Assembly (NCBI GenBank): GCA_030141605.1
Contig: JAQGDQ010000081.1
Coordinates: forward strand, 637,945 to 701,944
DNA: 64,000 bases
Reading direction: 5' to 3'
From: Tubiluchus corallicola
Lineage: Eukaryota > Animalia > Priapulida
The position numbers were made by a program, and so were the translations under genes. Below, in pieces: positions 1 through 12,841 of the stretch; position 1 is the stretch's first letter, and every line of letters starts with the position of its first letter. The notes under the pieces were generated by a model. It saw nothing but the letters and a program-made list of their open reading frames with translations. It made no database searches and was not told the DNA's origin.

Positions 1-67
1 AAGTAGCAACCGGGCAGATGTTTATTTTCGAGTTTGTCAACCCGGAACATGTGAGTGCTTCACTATC

Positions 68-122
68 AAAGTTAAGCAGCGCCGAGTCTAGTCAGTAACT
101 GGATGACTGACTGCAGGAAAAC
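68..122 (+). repeat. Degenerate 5S rRNA-derived fragment (SINE3-like head or 5S pseudogene)
   Basis: aagttaagcagcgccgagtctagtcagtaactggatgactgactgc resembles the 5S internal control region AAGCTAAGCAGGGTCGGGCCTGGTTAGTACTTGGATGGGAGACCGC. Confidence 0.5.
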
Positions 123-382
123 TGTCTTTGGGTAATTTCGTCTGCCATAGCGGCCGGCTTTCGGGGGAGGATGTTTTGTATATATAAATATATATATAAT
201 GCACTCGCCAGAACATGGCTGTGACCGTCTGCCGATTTAGTGTGTCATCGCAGGTGATTATCCTTGATATTTAGCAAGGTGCCTATCCTACCAACATTAA
301 TTAACCCCATCACTGCTGGATTAGCCTATTTGCTAATTAATTTACTGTATGAAATTTGATTTTATCTGTTTGTCTGTTGCAG

Positions 383-3300
383 ATCAGCAGGATAGAACCC
401 AGAAGAAAACATTTACAAAATGGATGAATATTTACCTGAGTGAGGTAAATAATTAGAAAAAAGACTTTCCATGAATTCGTATCCTTAATAGTTGGATTGA
501 TTTAAACTTTAGATGTTTCTCCACCTCATAACATTTTATTTTGACCACTGGTACAGTATTGTCCTTTATTGAATTCAATTTTTTCACTCATGAAGCTATG
601 TGCAGTAATATTCACCAATAAGCTGTTCACATGAATGAATGATTGACCAACTGACTGAATGAATGACTATGAGTTAGATGGGAGTGTCGCTGACCGATGA
701 GTCAATTGACAATAGATAAATTCTTGCTGCTGCAAGAAAGGCATGCATACACAGGTATCAAAATTAACCAAAAAGAAGGAAATTTGAAATTAAGTCTTTT
801 AAAAGTGGGGACCTTAACTTGGATTTGAACCTTGGCCATATCCAGTTCACTCTTCATATTTCACCCCTTTTAGTTAGGTCTTGTTTTAAAAAAGTTACTT
901 GTGGGTTTGTTCGACCACATGCTGCATTGCAGGCAGTGTGGCATGACTGAAACATTAAGTGAGGGAGTAAGTTTATTTCTTTATTTTTTGCAGCACAATC
1001 TGTGCAAGAGTCAATGACAAAAAAACAAAATTTTGTGTGGCAACTTTATTGTGATTTTCCATGTTTCTAGCTACACCAACATACAAATATTGTTGTACTA
1101 ATTGTCGCTACAAATAGGTGAGTGATGTATACAATTCGATATTTGGTTTAGTTTTGATACACAAAGTTTGCAAGACGAGTATTGACAAATAAGCTAACTA
1201 AATCTCAATCAGCTTTCAAGTATAAAATTTTACTCACACGAGTAAATAAACATTACATTTTTTCCATATTCAAAATTTTCCACTGTCAAGAGATAGGCTT
1301 GTCCTGTTCATTTTCTGCTGGCAGGATGAATAGCTGAATGGTCACAAGTTCGTTTAATGATGAAAGTTGCGCATGCCCAAGTCTGGTTTGTAACTGGTTG
1401 TGTGTGTCCACTTGGAAAAACTATTTGCTTCATGGAAGTAGGATTTGTATGAATTCGAGCATGTGCAAGACACTATCTCTACATTAAGTAGATTTTGGCA
1501 TTGAGTGCCAGATGTCCCGTGTTGCAGAGTACCAACTGTATGAGAAACCATCCCAAATAAGCTTTACAAATTTTTTAACAAAACTTCTGTCTAGTGTAAC
1601 ACTAGTGTGACACTAGTGTAACTCAATGTCAAATGCTACAGTATGCAATAACACACTTGCATTAGTTCCTAACCTTTACCAGAGGTAGTGTCCAGCTTCC
1701 ACAGAGAAACCTACAGGAGTGACCGGCTTGTCTTCCAGTCAGATAAATCTAGCAAACCCTACCTTGGAATCTGAGTAAATATTTGAATTACAGTTATTGA
1801 CTGTCATGTGCTCCAGCCGAGCCATGTGGCATAATTCATATTAAAGATATATTGTATTTTTCGCAATTGTCACCCACCTTGGGAACAATATTTTTGGAGC
1901 TCCGGTTGCGCTTGTGATCTTGTGCATATGTGTACCCCACAAACATGGGAATTAAATTTGCTTGTACTATTATGCTACATACATGTGACGAATTGAAATA
2001 AGCAAATATTTGCTATATTCATTGCAGTGTTAGGTACCCTTATGCATACCGGCACATACATTGCTTACATTGTTGAATTGTGTATCATCTTGTACACCTT
2101 TATTTGACGTTTAATCCTAGTCTGTTTGTGCACTGCAGACTTAGTAGCTATAAAACTTTTAGGCACGTTTTTTAGACAATCCCTAAAAAGATTCCGTATA
2201 ATTGCCGCAAGTGTAAATTCTGCCATATTTCTCTGACAACAAAATTCCCTAAAGTTGCTACCCTGTTTAGAACTACTTGTATTGTCTATTCAGCAGTCAC
2301 ATGATGACATTCTCATAACCCCAAAGATTTAATTTAATGAGGAACCTCCTGAAATGTGTTAAAATGTTTTGTAATTTTTATTTAAGTAATGCAGTTTTGA
2401 CTTGTACTCCTAATGATGGACTCCTGAACAGATATCACACTGTCATCATTTACTGTGGCAATGTTTGTTCATGTTTTGAATATAGATTAATGCAGCACTT
2501 TAATAAATTGATATAAGCATTTATAAAAAAGTCCACAGTAATTTGAAAAGGCAGCGCTTTAACGGCAGAAACATTGAGATTTCAAGATTACAATGCATTG
2601 GGTTACTCGCTTATTGGGCTTTTTCTGCCTGGATGTGTTGTTTAGAATGCCATTTAGCATGGCTATGGCAAACTGGAACACGAAATTGTTGTATTGTGTC
2701 ATTACAATATGAAAAGTAGCTGAAAAATTAATACATGAACAACAAAATCGAGACCGATTTTATCAGCTTACATTGCAATTGCAAAGAACGGCAGGTCACT
2801 GTCTGCTACTTTTCAAACAATCGCTATGATTAAGCATAGAATATACAAAAAAAAGAAACAAAAGCAAAAATGCAAGAAACAGAGGTTATCAGTAATAACA
2901 GGGTAGCAAGAACACGTTGTTTGGCATATTTAGTTTTTCTACTGTACTATTTTTGTGATATTTTGCATTTGTGCTTTTTGAATCATATAATCCGTATAGT
3001 AATTTATAAGACTTGCAAGAATCGGTATTTAGCAATTTTTGGACATTTTCTGTTTTTCCTTTCATCTGTAGTAGCAAAAGGGAAAATGCAACTATACTAG
3101 TTCGATTTTGTGCAAAGGGAATTTATGATTTCACTTGCTATTTTAGAAAAGTCATGTTATTAAAGAAAAGTGAATACCGTATTTCATTTGGAATTTAGTA
3201 ACTTTTCTAATAAAGAAAGGTGAATACTGCATTTCATTTGGAAGTCAATTATTGCAGCTAAATAATTATCAGAGTGGCATATTTCATTTTTTGAGGAGTT

Positions 3301-6300
3301 ACTCTATTATTCTTATTGGTTTGCACTTTCTTTCAGTACGATCCACCTCTTCAGGTAAAAGATCTCTTCAACGATATCAGAGACGGAGTCAAACTTTGTG
3401 CATTGTTAGAAGTGCTATCCGGAGAAAAACTGGTAAAGTATTCAATTTCTTAGCACATTTTTCATATAGGCCATTTTTATTCTAATCATTCACCTGGATT
3501 TTTAATCGCTTCATGAAATTTGATGACATATCATTGCTTATATAAATATTTTGCTTATTCATGTAATGCTAAATTAACAATACAAGTGCTGCAATCTAGG
3601 AGCTAAAGTTGTATAAAAACCATGAGTTTAGGTTATAATGACATTTATAATTAGTCTAAGTAAGTGAAAGTATTTTAGTTTTATAAAAAAAATTCCATTC
3701 TCCATGGCTACTTTACAATATAGAAGTTATTAGAATAATTGAGAACAATATTTAAACAAGCTAATTTACAGTCAATTTAAATTACAGCTGCTAATAAACT
3801 TACAATAGGTCAAATAAAAACTAATTAATAGCAATTGTTGGGTACTAAATCTGCATGTGCAGAGTATAATTTCTGTACTAAGTAAATTTAAAATGGCAAT
3901 AAAACCAAAACAGCAGTAAAAGGTAAAATATTAATGGTAATCTATATTAAAAGTACACCTATTTACAAAAGTATTACATGCCTTTTTTGCCTAAAGTATT
4001 TTTTTAAGGAAAACAAGCACTTCTGTGTCTAAGGCATTCCTACTTCTTAAGGCAACTAATGATTAGTAATTATGTTGCAGTTTTGTAGCATTGCTTTCAT
4101 TGCTAATTTATGCTTTTAGATAATAGAAAATAAAGAACACTTGCAACGGTTGCACTACCTGACTAACGTTAGCAATGCACTGAAATTTTTGGAGAGCAAA
4201 AATGTGAGTAAAAATACATTTAGTGAAGAGGTGTGGGGTCTTTAAACTTATTATTTTGAGGAATCTGATGTAACTGAGCAGAACTCTAGAAGATGACGTA
4301 GATACAGGCAACTTCATTCGTTTGGTAAAATGACAGCTACAAGCAATCTAGAACATCTACTACTAGTCTACTAGTACCGCTACTCTGAAAACACGTATAT
4401 CCAACATAAATCATTTGTTATCATCAACCTGAATCACAGAGTACTGCCATCTTGTGCACACACTGCCAGTGTTCTTTTTTTATTGCTAGGTGTTGCATAC
4501 AAGCATGATCAAGCACCTGATAAATTTGTAGAAACTACAGGCGTGTGTAATTTTTTCTAAATGCGCTTTTGTAAAGAAAATGAGACCTGCTGGTTTAGCA
4601 AATTTGGTTTTTATGTGCAACATTGATGGAGGAGTTGAATTTGGAAAAGCTTAAAGCAACACTGACGGCGTCTGCATGTTAAAATTACTATTTTTTCACT
4701 CGGTTGGTTAGAGTTTCTTTTTAAATTTTATTTGATGATGATGATGATGATGAGCACTCTGTTCGTGATGGCAGATGGTGATATGGAAACTGATAATTAT
4801 GAGGCCAATGATGGGCTTGACAGCAGCAACAGTTGCAGAAAATCTACAGAACTTACTGTGGGAGTAAGTCACGAGAAACACCTGCAGCAATGGAAAACAC
4901 TTTCCAGCTACCAATTTGAAAGTAGTGTCTTTGTTAATGTTTTGCATTATAAAAGCAACTGTGAAAAATAGAAAATCTTTTTCTAAATAATAAAAACTGT
5001 CTCTTTAATAATGAAAATCAATGTTTTTCAATACAGTACGCTATGTATGACTCGAACACCTCGGGACCGGAAAATTTGTTTGAGTAATACAATGTTTGTT
5101 AAAGGAAAAAAACGAAAGGGAAAATCCATTCCACAAGATCTGTTCAAGTTAAGCTAGAACTCGAGTTATGCCAGTTCAAGTTTTTCATAGTTTACTGTAG
5201 TTCTGACATTTTCTAATTAATTGTAGCTAAAAGTAATAAAAGGCCGTGCACAGCACTGTTAATACATACTACATTTCTATCCTGCAAGATTTTACTAGTT
5301 ATCTCCTATTAATCAGTCAGTTTTGTCAGTCTCATTCTCATGTTTCAATCTCACAGCTAATCTGAATCTTCAGTTTGACACATCACTAGTTTAGTGACTG
5401 TCGTTTGCAACCTTCAGCTTAGTTTCTTTACTTTCTAAAGCTATAAAGCTGACAAGTCATGCAAGAGAAATTACAGGCTTTCTAAATTACAGTGGTAGGT
5501 GTAAGAAATTACAGTTGATATCACTTTTTCATTTGAATAAAATGATATTACTATTTAATTAGTAATTTTGTGGGTAAAAAATAAACATTTTTATTAATTA
5601 GTAAAAGCTTAGCATTTTCATCTAATATTTGCATAAGTGTTAAATTTTTCATTCTGTGTAAAGACGTGTTGTAAAGGAGTGTATTATTATCAGTTTTGTT
5701 TATAATTCTTCTATTCCGCTCGTTTTTCATTTTTGCTATACTAAATCATTTATGCTAGCTATGGTTGGCCTGCTTCACTATCATGCCAAAATCATTGCTA
5801 GTATTGACATTTCTTTACTTTTTTAAGCTTGAAAAGAAAAATACCTTCAGTATTTCGCTGATGAATATAATGAAATGTTTCACCTTATTATTATGGTGAA
5901 TGTTCTATATAATTTTTAGAATGAAAGGCTGCCAACTAAACATGTTTTGTGTTGTTAATAGATTAAGCTTGTAAACATCAATACGTCTGATGTAGTGGAC
6001 GGCCGACCAGTCATTGTTCTTGGACTAATATGGACTATAATTTTGTTTTTTCAAGTAAGTTGTCGGTGCCTTTAGTAGATTTATTAGCATTATAATACCT
6101 TAAGTACCTTAATACTTATTTCCAAGGTAGTCCCGATCGTTATTAGCCACGTGTTACTTTGGTAAACCTGTGCTTGGTCTAAGAACCATATGTACCACTT
6201 TTTAAGTCTTCGCTATGACTCGGTCGTGAGTTGAACCCGCGACCTCCTGGGTGGGAAGTGAGCATGTTACCACTGAGCTATGTAACCCAATAAATTGTAC

Positions 6301-9300
6301 ATCCTGTTTAGTTTTTTGGGGAAAGGAGCTATTTGTGCTCTATTTAAGGAAACAAAATTAGTTACTAAACTGCAGATCTGGATTGCTGCACTTCTGGAAT
6401 GAATAATGAAATGGCTGAGATGATTAGATAACAGAACAGGATGAGGATGAGCCTAGTTGAAAAATTTGTATCATCGACTGATTCGAAAGTGCACCCGAGG
6501 ATTCCAAAAATGGGGTCGTTTTTCATTTGTGATGTCTTGATGATGTCACAATACTATTATGATGTAATGATGTAATTAAGACCATCACAGCTTCATTGTT
6601 ATTGAAAATGGGTCAACTGGAAATTTGGAATTGATTTCCAATATTAGTATTTGCAATAGCATTCAAAATCAGTTGCAGATTGACCTAGCGTGTCATCAGT
6701 GTGCATTCACATTATTTCCTTGGCATCTAGATGGAGGTCAAAAGTTGACTACTTCTAAATAATCAATCCTAGTCGAAATTGATATGTTAATGACTGATCG
6801 GAAAATGTGTCATATGAATCCAAAAATGTTGCCATTTTTCAATTATGATTTCACAATGCTATTGTCAGGTCATTCAGAACAGATAAATGAACCAAACCTT
6901 CACCAGGCGACCAAAAGCCTTCCTTGCTCGCTGGAGGAGTCCACATTCAAGTGGGTGGGACAAGTTGGCACATATCTTTACAGTACGCTAGAAAAACAGC
7001 AAAGACACAAGCAGACTGCTGCACAAAGATGATATGGGACATCATATGACAGGGATGGCCAATCCATTATTGTTCCTCTTCAGCAGTTGTGATACAGTAT
7101 AGCTTCTGTTTGCTATTACCAAGCTGTACAATCCAATAAACTAGATGACACTAGATGCACTTTTGTGGACCATAATGTGAGTCAGGCACAAATAGATGAT
7201 GTGCAATATAGGGTGTTAGTTAAAGAAAAGTATCTTTACAGCAGAGGAAAGAAAGATTTTAGTCATCGCCAAATAAACAAAGATAGTCCATAAAGACATA
7301 CACTAGCTAAACTATTACGAATAGCATCATTTCTGTACATGTCTCCATGCTAGCAGTCCTGGTGTAGGTTTGGTCCATGTATCTGCTCGATAACCAAACT
7401 CCATTTACTGGACAGCTGTGTGATGTTGATTTTGTTGTATGGCAGCGAGACATGGACTGTTTCCGCTGAAGTCACCTGGGTGTCCTATTTTGCATCTGCT
7501 AATTTCACTTTGACACCAAAGAGAAATTATACTGGAGAGTGAGTAACCCAGTTCCAGTCACTACCACCACACGTCTTAGACTTCTCCACCACATGTGGCA
7601 TGCCTGGACGAGTTTCTCTTGGCCAGACGTCCTTTCTGTCAACCAACTGGTTTCACCCCTCCCGGGGCAGCTCACCAATTGGCACAGTGTAACACATTTC
7701 CAAAATGATGGACCTGGCTAATGACAGAGCTTCCTTCTATGTGCTGGTTGCCACTGCCAAGCATGCAAAAGTAAAATGGGAAGCAGTAATCAGCTGAATG
7801 TCCTGGCAATGGCAATGTGAAGTCATAATCGAGCAACATTTTTGGATCCATATCAATTGTGCATTTTCTCAACACGCTTATTTGGCTAGAATCGATTGTT
7901 TAGGAAAAGTAGTCAACTTTTGACCCCCATAGGCACCATGTAGATGCCAAGGGAATAATGTGAAAGGACACTGATGACATGCTAGATTAATCTGTAACTG
8001 ATTTTGAATGTTATTGCAAGTATTGATATTGAAAGACCAATTCCAGTAACCCATTTTGAACAACAATGAAGCTGTGATGGTCGTAATGGTATTGTGATGT
8101 CTTTGTGATGTTACAGATGAAAAACGACCACACTTTTGTAATCTTCGGGTGCACTTTTCTATTAGTCGATAATACATATTTAGGAGATATAACTGATTTT
8201 TGGCCCCGGTAGGTGCCATCTTGAATTTATCCGTTAATCTCAAAAGTACCAAAGCTGATTTTGGCCGACTTTTGTTGAGGGCACCTGAAACCATGTTCTA
8301 ACAAAATCTGAAGAGAAAAATTCAATTGCAATTTATTCTAAGTACCCCCTTACTGGGAGCTATCTTTACCCACCTAATTGTTTCGTTATTTCTGTAATAT
8401 TTTTGTCTCATTTTGTGGTCCAGAGGTTGGATTTACTTGGATTTAAATGATATCATTCACTTCTACAGATAGAGAAAGGTGCTCGGGAGTTCCATGCTCG
8501 CAAGAACTCGCTGATGGCGGAAGACAACATTCCCATTATTGAGGAAACAGACGCCCCTAAACGAAAGACTGAGATACTCGAAATTCCAAATAAACCTCTG
8601 AAGCAGTCTGCTGCGAAAGACACACTGCTTAAATGGTCTCAAGAAGCCATGTCTTGGTAAGCAAATGTCATATGTCATATTTAAATGCAATATTCATTTT
8701 CATATACAATCTATGCCATTCAGCACTTATAGATTTGGATGGTTCACTATAGATGATGTCATTCAGCACTTATAGATTTGGCTGGTTCACTATAGATGAT
8801 AATGGTTTATTTCTGAGGCAAGAAAAGGAACAATAGTGCTCAGTATTTCTGTATACAATTGGATAAAATATGTAAATACATAAAACTAACTGTCCTAATA
8901 GAAGCATCAATTTGGCAATGAAGTATTATAGTTTCTTCATATGTAAACTAAACTCTGAATAATGTAAGCTTACTAGCAGATATGATACTAAAAGTGTTAA
9001 TTTACTATGTTGCAAGTCTTCTATAGTTCACTCTTTCATCTTCAAGCATTCAAAGGGAAGACATTTAGTACATAATTTGCAACATAATAAATTACGCATT
9101 GCATAACATATGTGCTGGTTTGTTCTACCAGCTGATATTTTACTCTCTTGTTCTGGCCTATTCTGCTGTATAGCATGTTAAAATATTAATCAAATAAGTA
9201 TTAATTTTTGCTAATGTAAGGCACGACATTGAGATCAAAAACTTTGGCACAAGCTGGAAAGATGGCAAGGCGTTCAATGGCCTCGTTCATAATGTGAAAC

Positions 9301-10153
9301 CCAGTGTTGTGGATATGAGCAAAGTTCATGTACAAGAACCAAAAGAAAACCTGGAACAAGCTTTCACTAAGGCTGAAGATCACCTTGGTATTCCAAAACT
9401 TATTGATCCTGAAGGTAAACATCTTTGTTACATAATTTTAATATTTTGATATTAGAAATGGCATGTAATATACACTATTTTTGTTCTAATTTAAAATTGC
9501 CTCAAATTTTTGTGAGATTAAAAGTTTAAAACTCTTGATAATCAAGAAAACGTTAAGAAACTGCAAACAGTTTAGCCAAATACAATAGTTTGTTTAGCGT
9601 CAGTGTTATTCTCACATTTGTTTAACTTTTACAAGCTTTCTGTACCGTTTAAACTAGTATGTGGGTTTTTTAGTCAAAAATATCAGTTTTTGATTTAAAA
9701 TATCTGCCACCATAATGCCTTCCTTTACCTATCACTAATTGTAATATGTTAAGGTGTTTGCATAAAGTTTTGCTGTATTACAAATGGTGACATTAATGAC
9801 TGAATTTTGCATTAACTAAAGAAATGTTATAGGCGCATTTGTTGTTAATAAATTATCCAATCCATTTACTTTTTATACTTTCTGCAAAAGTGTTATCAAT
9901 AATTACCTATCGTTGATTAATTATGCTGAACTTTTTCCATATTGCAGATATGGATGTTGAAAAACCGGATGAAAAATCCATTATGACTTATGTTGGCCAG
10001 TTTCTGGATAGATATCCGGATGCAAATAAACCATGCCTACAGGAAGATGTGCTCTCATCGACCACTGCCGATTTGGTCAATTCGGGATCTGATTTTGAAA
10101 TGGTTGAGGAGCCCGTTTGTGAACAGAAAGATGAAGAATTGCTGACAAGTGAG
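383..10153 (+). CDS. Tandem calponin-homology (CH1-CH2) actin-binding domain of nesprin-1/calmin type; 5'-partial, 7 exons; possibly the N-terminal half of a fusion with the downstream DGAT2/MOGAT
   Basis: GT-AG exons with consistent phases: 383-444 ([20 protein letters not shown]), 3337-3432 ([32 protein letters not shown]), 4120-4203 ([28 protein letters not shown]), 5962-6054 ([31 protein letters not shown]), 8469-8656 (linker...[16 protein letters not shown]), 9221-9414 ([21 protein letters not shown]...[22 protein letters not shown]), 9948-10153 ([20 protein letters not shown]...acidic linker). [17 protein letters not shown] and [11 protein letters not shown] are hallmark motifs of the spectrin/alpha-actinin-family actin-binding domain. 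Confidence 0.92.
5032..5199. mobile_element. Tc1/mariner (pogo/Tigger-like) MITE
   Basis: TA|CAGT...ACTG|TA ends with imperfect terminal inverted repeats of about 25 bp (tacagtacgctatgtatgactcgaac vs gttcaagtttttcatagtttactgta). Confidence 0.6.
6097..6280 (-). mobile_element. tRNA-derived SINE
   Basis: Minus strand reads TAGCTCAGTGG (A box)...GGTTCAACTC (B box)...gaccgagtcatagcgaagacttaaaaagtggtac, ending in taaggtacttaaggt. Confidence 0.65.
6463..8180. repeat. Long imperfect inverted repeat (arms about 6463-6907 and 7358-7385 plus 7794-8180) in the CH-gene intron 6055-8468
   Basis: The reverse complement of 7794-8180 aligns over about 400 bp with 6463-6877 (shared blocks include aaagtgcacccga, accatcacagcttcattgtt, cattcaaaatcagtt, ggtcaaaagttgactactt). 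Confidence 0.85.
7388..7790 (+). mobile_element. Decayed 3' fragment of an RTE-like LINE inserted in the right arm of the inverted repeat
   Basis: Translates to LLYGSETWT (about 7432-7458), RLRLLHHM and DLANDRA, degenerate versions of RTE RT C-terminal motifs; frameshifted. Confidence 0.55.
8717..8800. repeat. Two-copy 43-bp tandem duplication
   Basis: cattcagcacttatagatttgg(a/c)tggttcactatagatgat occurs twice. Confidence 0.9.
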
Positions 10154-11529
10154 GTATTCACTAAAGAATGTCTTTTATTATCTGCCATCTGTTTGTTTTA
10201 AAGTATAAACATGTTTTCAAATGTGTACTTGAAAATCTTAGTTAAAATAGGCCAAGCATGGCATCGAACTTGTATTTTCCTGGTCTTGCTGGTAATCTAT
10301 AGAGCACATCATATCTAGTCTACACTTAAATCTTTTCGCTATGTTCACTTACCCATTAGCAAATAATTTTTGCAAACATTTCTAGAATATGTATGCAAAT
10401 AAGATCTTAGTGGATTCTAAGTAATTTAAAAAAAAGTTTGGAAGGATTTTAACATCTTTGAGCATATGGACCCAAAACTATAACTTGTTGGTATAGTCAG
10501 TAAAGATAGGTGTTACTTAATCGAGATTTGTCCTAGTGGTTCAATTAGTCAGTTAGAGTTTCACCATTTTTGTTCAAGATAACACATGACTGTAATTGGA
10601 ACACTTTTCTTTAATTAAGTTTAAATATTATTACTAATTATTATCATAATTGTACTGTGTCTTTCCCAAGACTTACTGTTGACGGAAAAATTAATATCTA
10701 TAATTGGATGATCAGGACAAAATAGTTCTTTCAATAACACATAGGTGGCACTAGGAAGCAGTTTCCTGTGGATCTGTTCAGGGCATTGTAACTGTACAGG
10801 ATTAACAGAAATGGCTGATCAGATTAACTAAATCAATTTGACCAATGAAAGAAGGAAAGCAGCAGTGCTCTGCAGTGTGTGAAGACAGTATGATTACTCA
10901 AACATTGCTCTCTATCAGTTGTGTATTGCTACATGCACATTTGCCTTGGAATCACTTTTAACAGTTTCTATTCACAGTATTAATGGTAGGACATGCCCAC
11001 ACTTTTCTATTATAAATGGTGAATGTGTATAGTTAAATGTGTTTGTACCACAGCTGCAGTACAATTAGTATAACCTGTAAATGGTTGACTGAGTATGTTC
11101 AACTATGTTGACACACCATCAGCTTTCGTTATGTAGCCACAGTTATGACTGAATAGGGTATCAGAACATAGAAAAAGTTTTTGTTGTTTTTTACCAAGGT
11201 GACCAAAGTGTTTCAGCACATATTGTTTTATTAAATATAATTGCCATCTAGTAAGCAGTTGTAAAATTTAATGTATTTGTTTAATCTGTTTGTGAAATGA
11301 CCAGATGGTCGCTGTTATGTTGTCTGTTTACAAGTGCGGATTGTTTGTTTATAATGCTCGATGAACTGTCCCTATTTACTGTGATACTTTCTTGATATCA
11401 CCCTGTGCATTACTAACCTACAGCCTGGAAGATAGATTAACAATGATGTAATTGCTAGCATGCATGTGCCATCTGAGCAAGACAGTTATGTGTTAATTTA
11501 GCTCTGTAATTTATGCTTATTGTGATTAG

Positions 11530-11562
11530 GTCCTCCGGAATCTTGCATTTTTTACCATGGAG
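11530..11562 (+). other. Candidate 33-nt phase-0 micro-exon or alternative first exon (VLRNLAFFTME) containing a Kozak-type ACCATGG
   Basis: ttgtgattAG|GTCCTCCGG...ACCATGGAG|GTtgga. The length is divisible by 3 and the frame matches both the CH exons and the DGAT2 exons. Both splice sites are only moderate. Confidence 0.35.
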
Positions 11563-12032
11563 GTTGGATACAGTGATTGATAAATCAATAATCAACTTGC
11601 AGTAAATAAAAGTGTAGCATTTATGATAATGCTACAATACTTGCATGCTGTGCTCACGCAATAAGTAACCAAAGGAAAAAGCATTATCAACGCTGAATGT
11701 ATTATATTGATAAGAAACTTATTGAAGACATCATTACTGGGTCGAAAATCTAGTAGGCTAGTTGTCATTGTTATTGTGATTTATTTTATTTTGAAAAGGC
11801 TGAATAGCATGGTAATACAGCTATCTAGTAGCAGAGATTTTAAAGCAACCATAGATTTAAGTGATGCCATGGCATTTAAACCTGTAAAAGCAACCCAATT
11901 ATTTTTTAAACTTTGTATGAAACAAATTATCTAAGGTTGGATCTAGAATGCGCAGTTTTAGCATACAGTTTTGCTTCTATCAACTCTCACATAGTAGGTA
12001 TTAAACTGGTTTTTGTTTCTCCAAAATTTCAG

Positions 12033-12062
12033 ATGGCTACAGAAGTTACCACAGAAGAAAAG
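12033..12062 (+). CDS. 30-nt phase-0/phase-0 coding micro-exon (MATEVTTEEK) upstream of the DGAT2/MOGAT exons
   Basis: Pyrimidine-rich acceptor ggtttttgtttctccaaaatttcAG and consensus donor AAG|GTAAGT; in frame with exon 12842. Confidence 0.7.
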
Positions 12063-12841
12063 GTAAGTGGTAGGCTAGTGTTATTTCACAACCTTGACAG
12101 TTTGAATAATATATTATTAGTTACCCGTTGTGTTTCATTATGTAATTGAGGGATAATAAATTAATCTATATTCTATAAATTGTCTGTCTTCGTATTTAAA
12201 GTAATGGAGTTTTAATTATAGACTGGCTATACCATATACACGTATACAGTGTGTTGTCATCTTTATTCATTATATCTAGCTGAGGCATATAATACAGAAC
12301 TAGATATGAATCTTTTTATTATTTTATATCTGTGTTTTTACAATGAAATGCACTTGGCACCTTGCACCAGTCAGCAGAGTGGTCCACAGAGTCATTGTCT
12401 GGTAGACCGAAATGTACATTTTTTCAAAAGTACTACAAAAGTAAAATTAAGGAGTACTACAGTTCAACAACTAAGGGTGCATTCAAACTATTGCAAGTAA
12501 TGCTCAATTAGTGTCAGCAAGTTTGCAATTCTTGCAAAGCAGTTCACATTAGTCTGAATGCGCCATTAAATTTAATACAACAAGTTGCATTTAATTCAAA
12601 GGCGATACCATTTAATTCTTAAAATTTCACTTTTTAAAAATGCAGATCTCAGACATTGTATTGGGAGCTCCGAAGTATTTATGATTGTAAAATCTGTACT
12701 GTCTGCAATATTCCATTCTGTTGATTGTCTGCTGTCTTATGCAGTTGTCCAATGTGTGAAATTCAACATATTTGCTTAATCTTTTTCCACATTAGGTCAC
12801 ACAAGCGATGTAATCTTTTTTATGTTTTCCTTGCTTTCCAG

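Noticed and set aside
10154-10201. Read-through tail VFTKECLLLSAICLF as a calmin-like membrane anchor or prenylation signal
   Set aside because: The hydrophobic run is too short for a TM helix and the end is not CaaX. Kept only as an alternative ending for a CH-only protein.
10671-10711. Alternative terminal exon (NLLLTEKLISIIG-stop) reached from the phase-1 donor at 10148
   Set aside because: The acceptor is plausible, but the peptide has no recognisable homology and I saw no nearby canonical polyA signal; cannot be supported or excluded.
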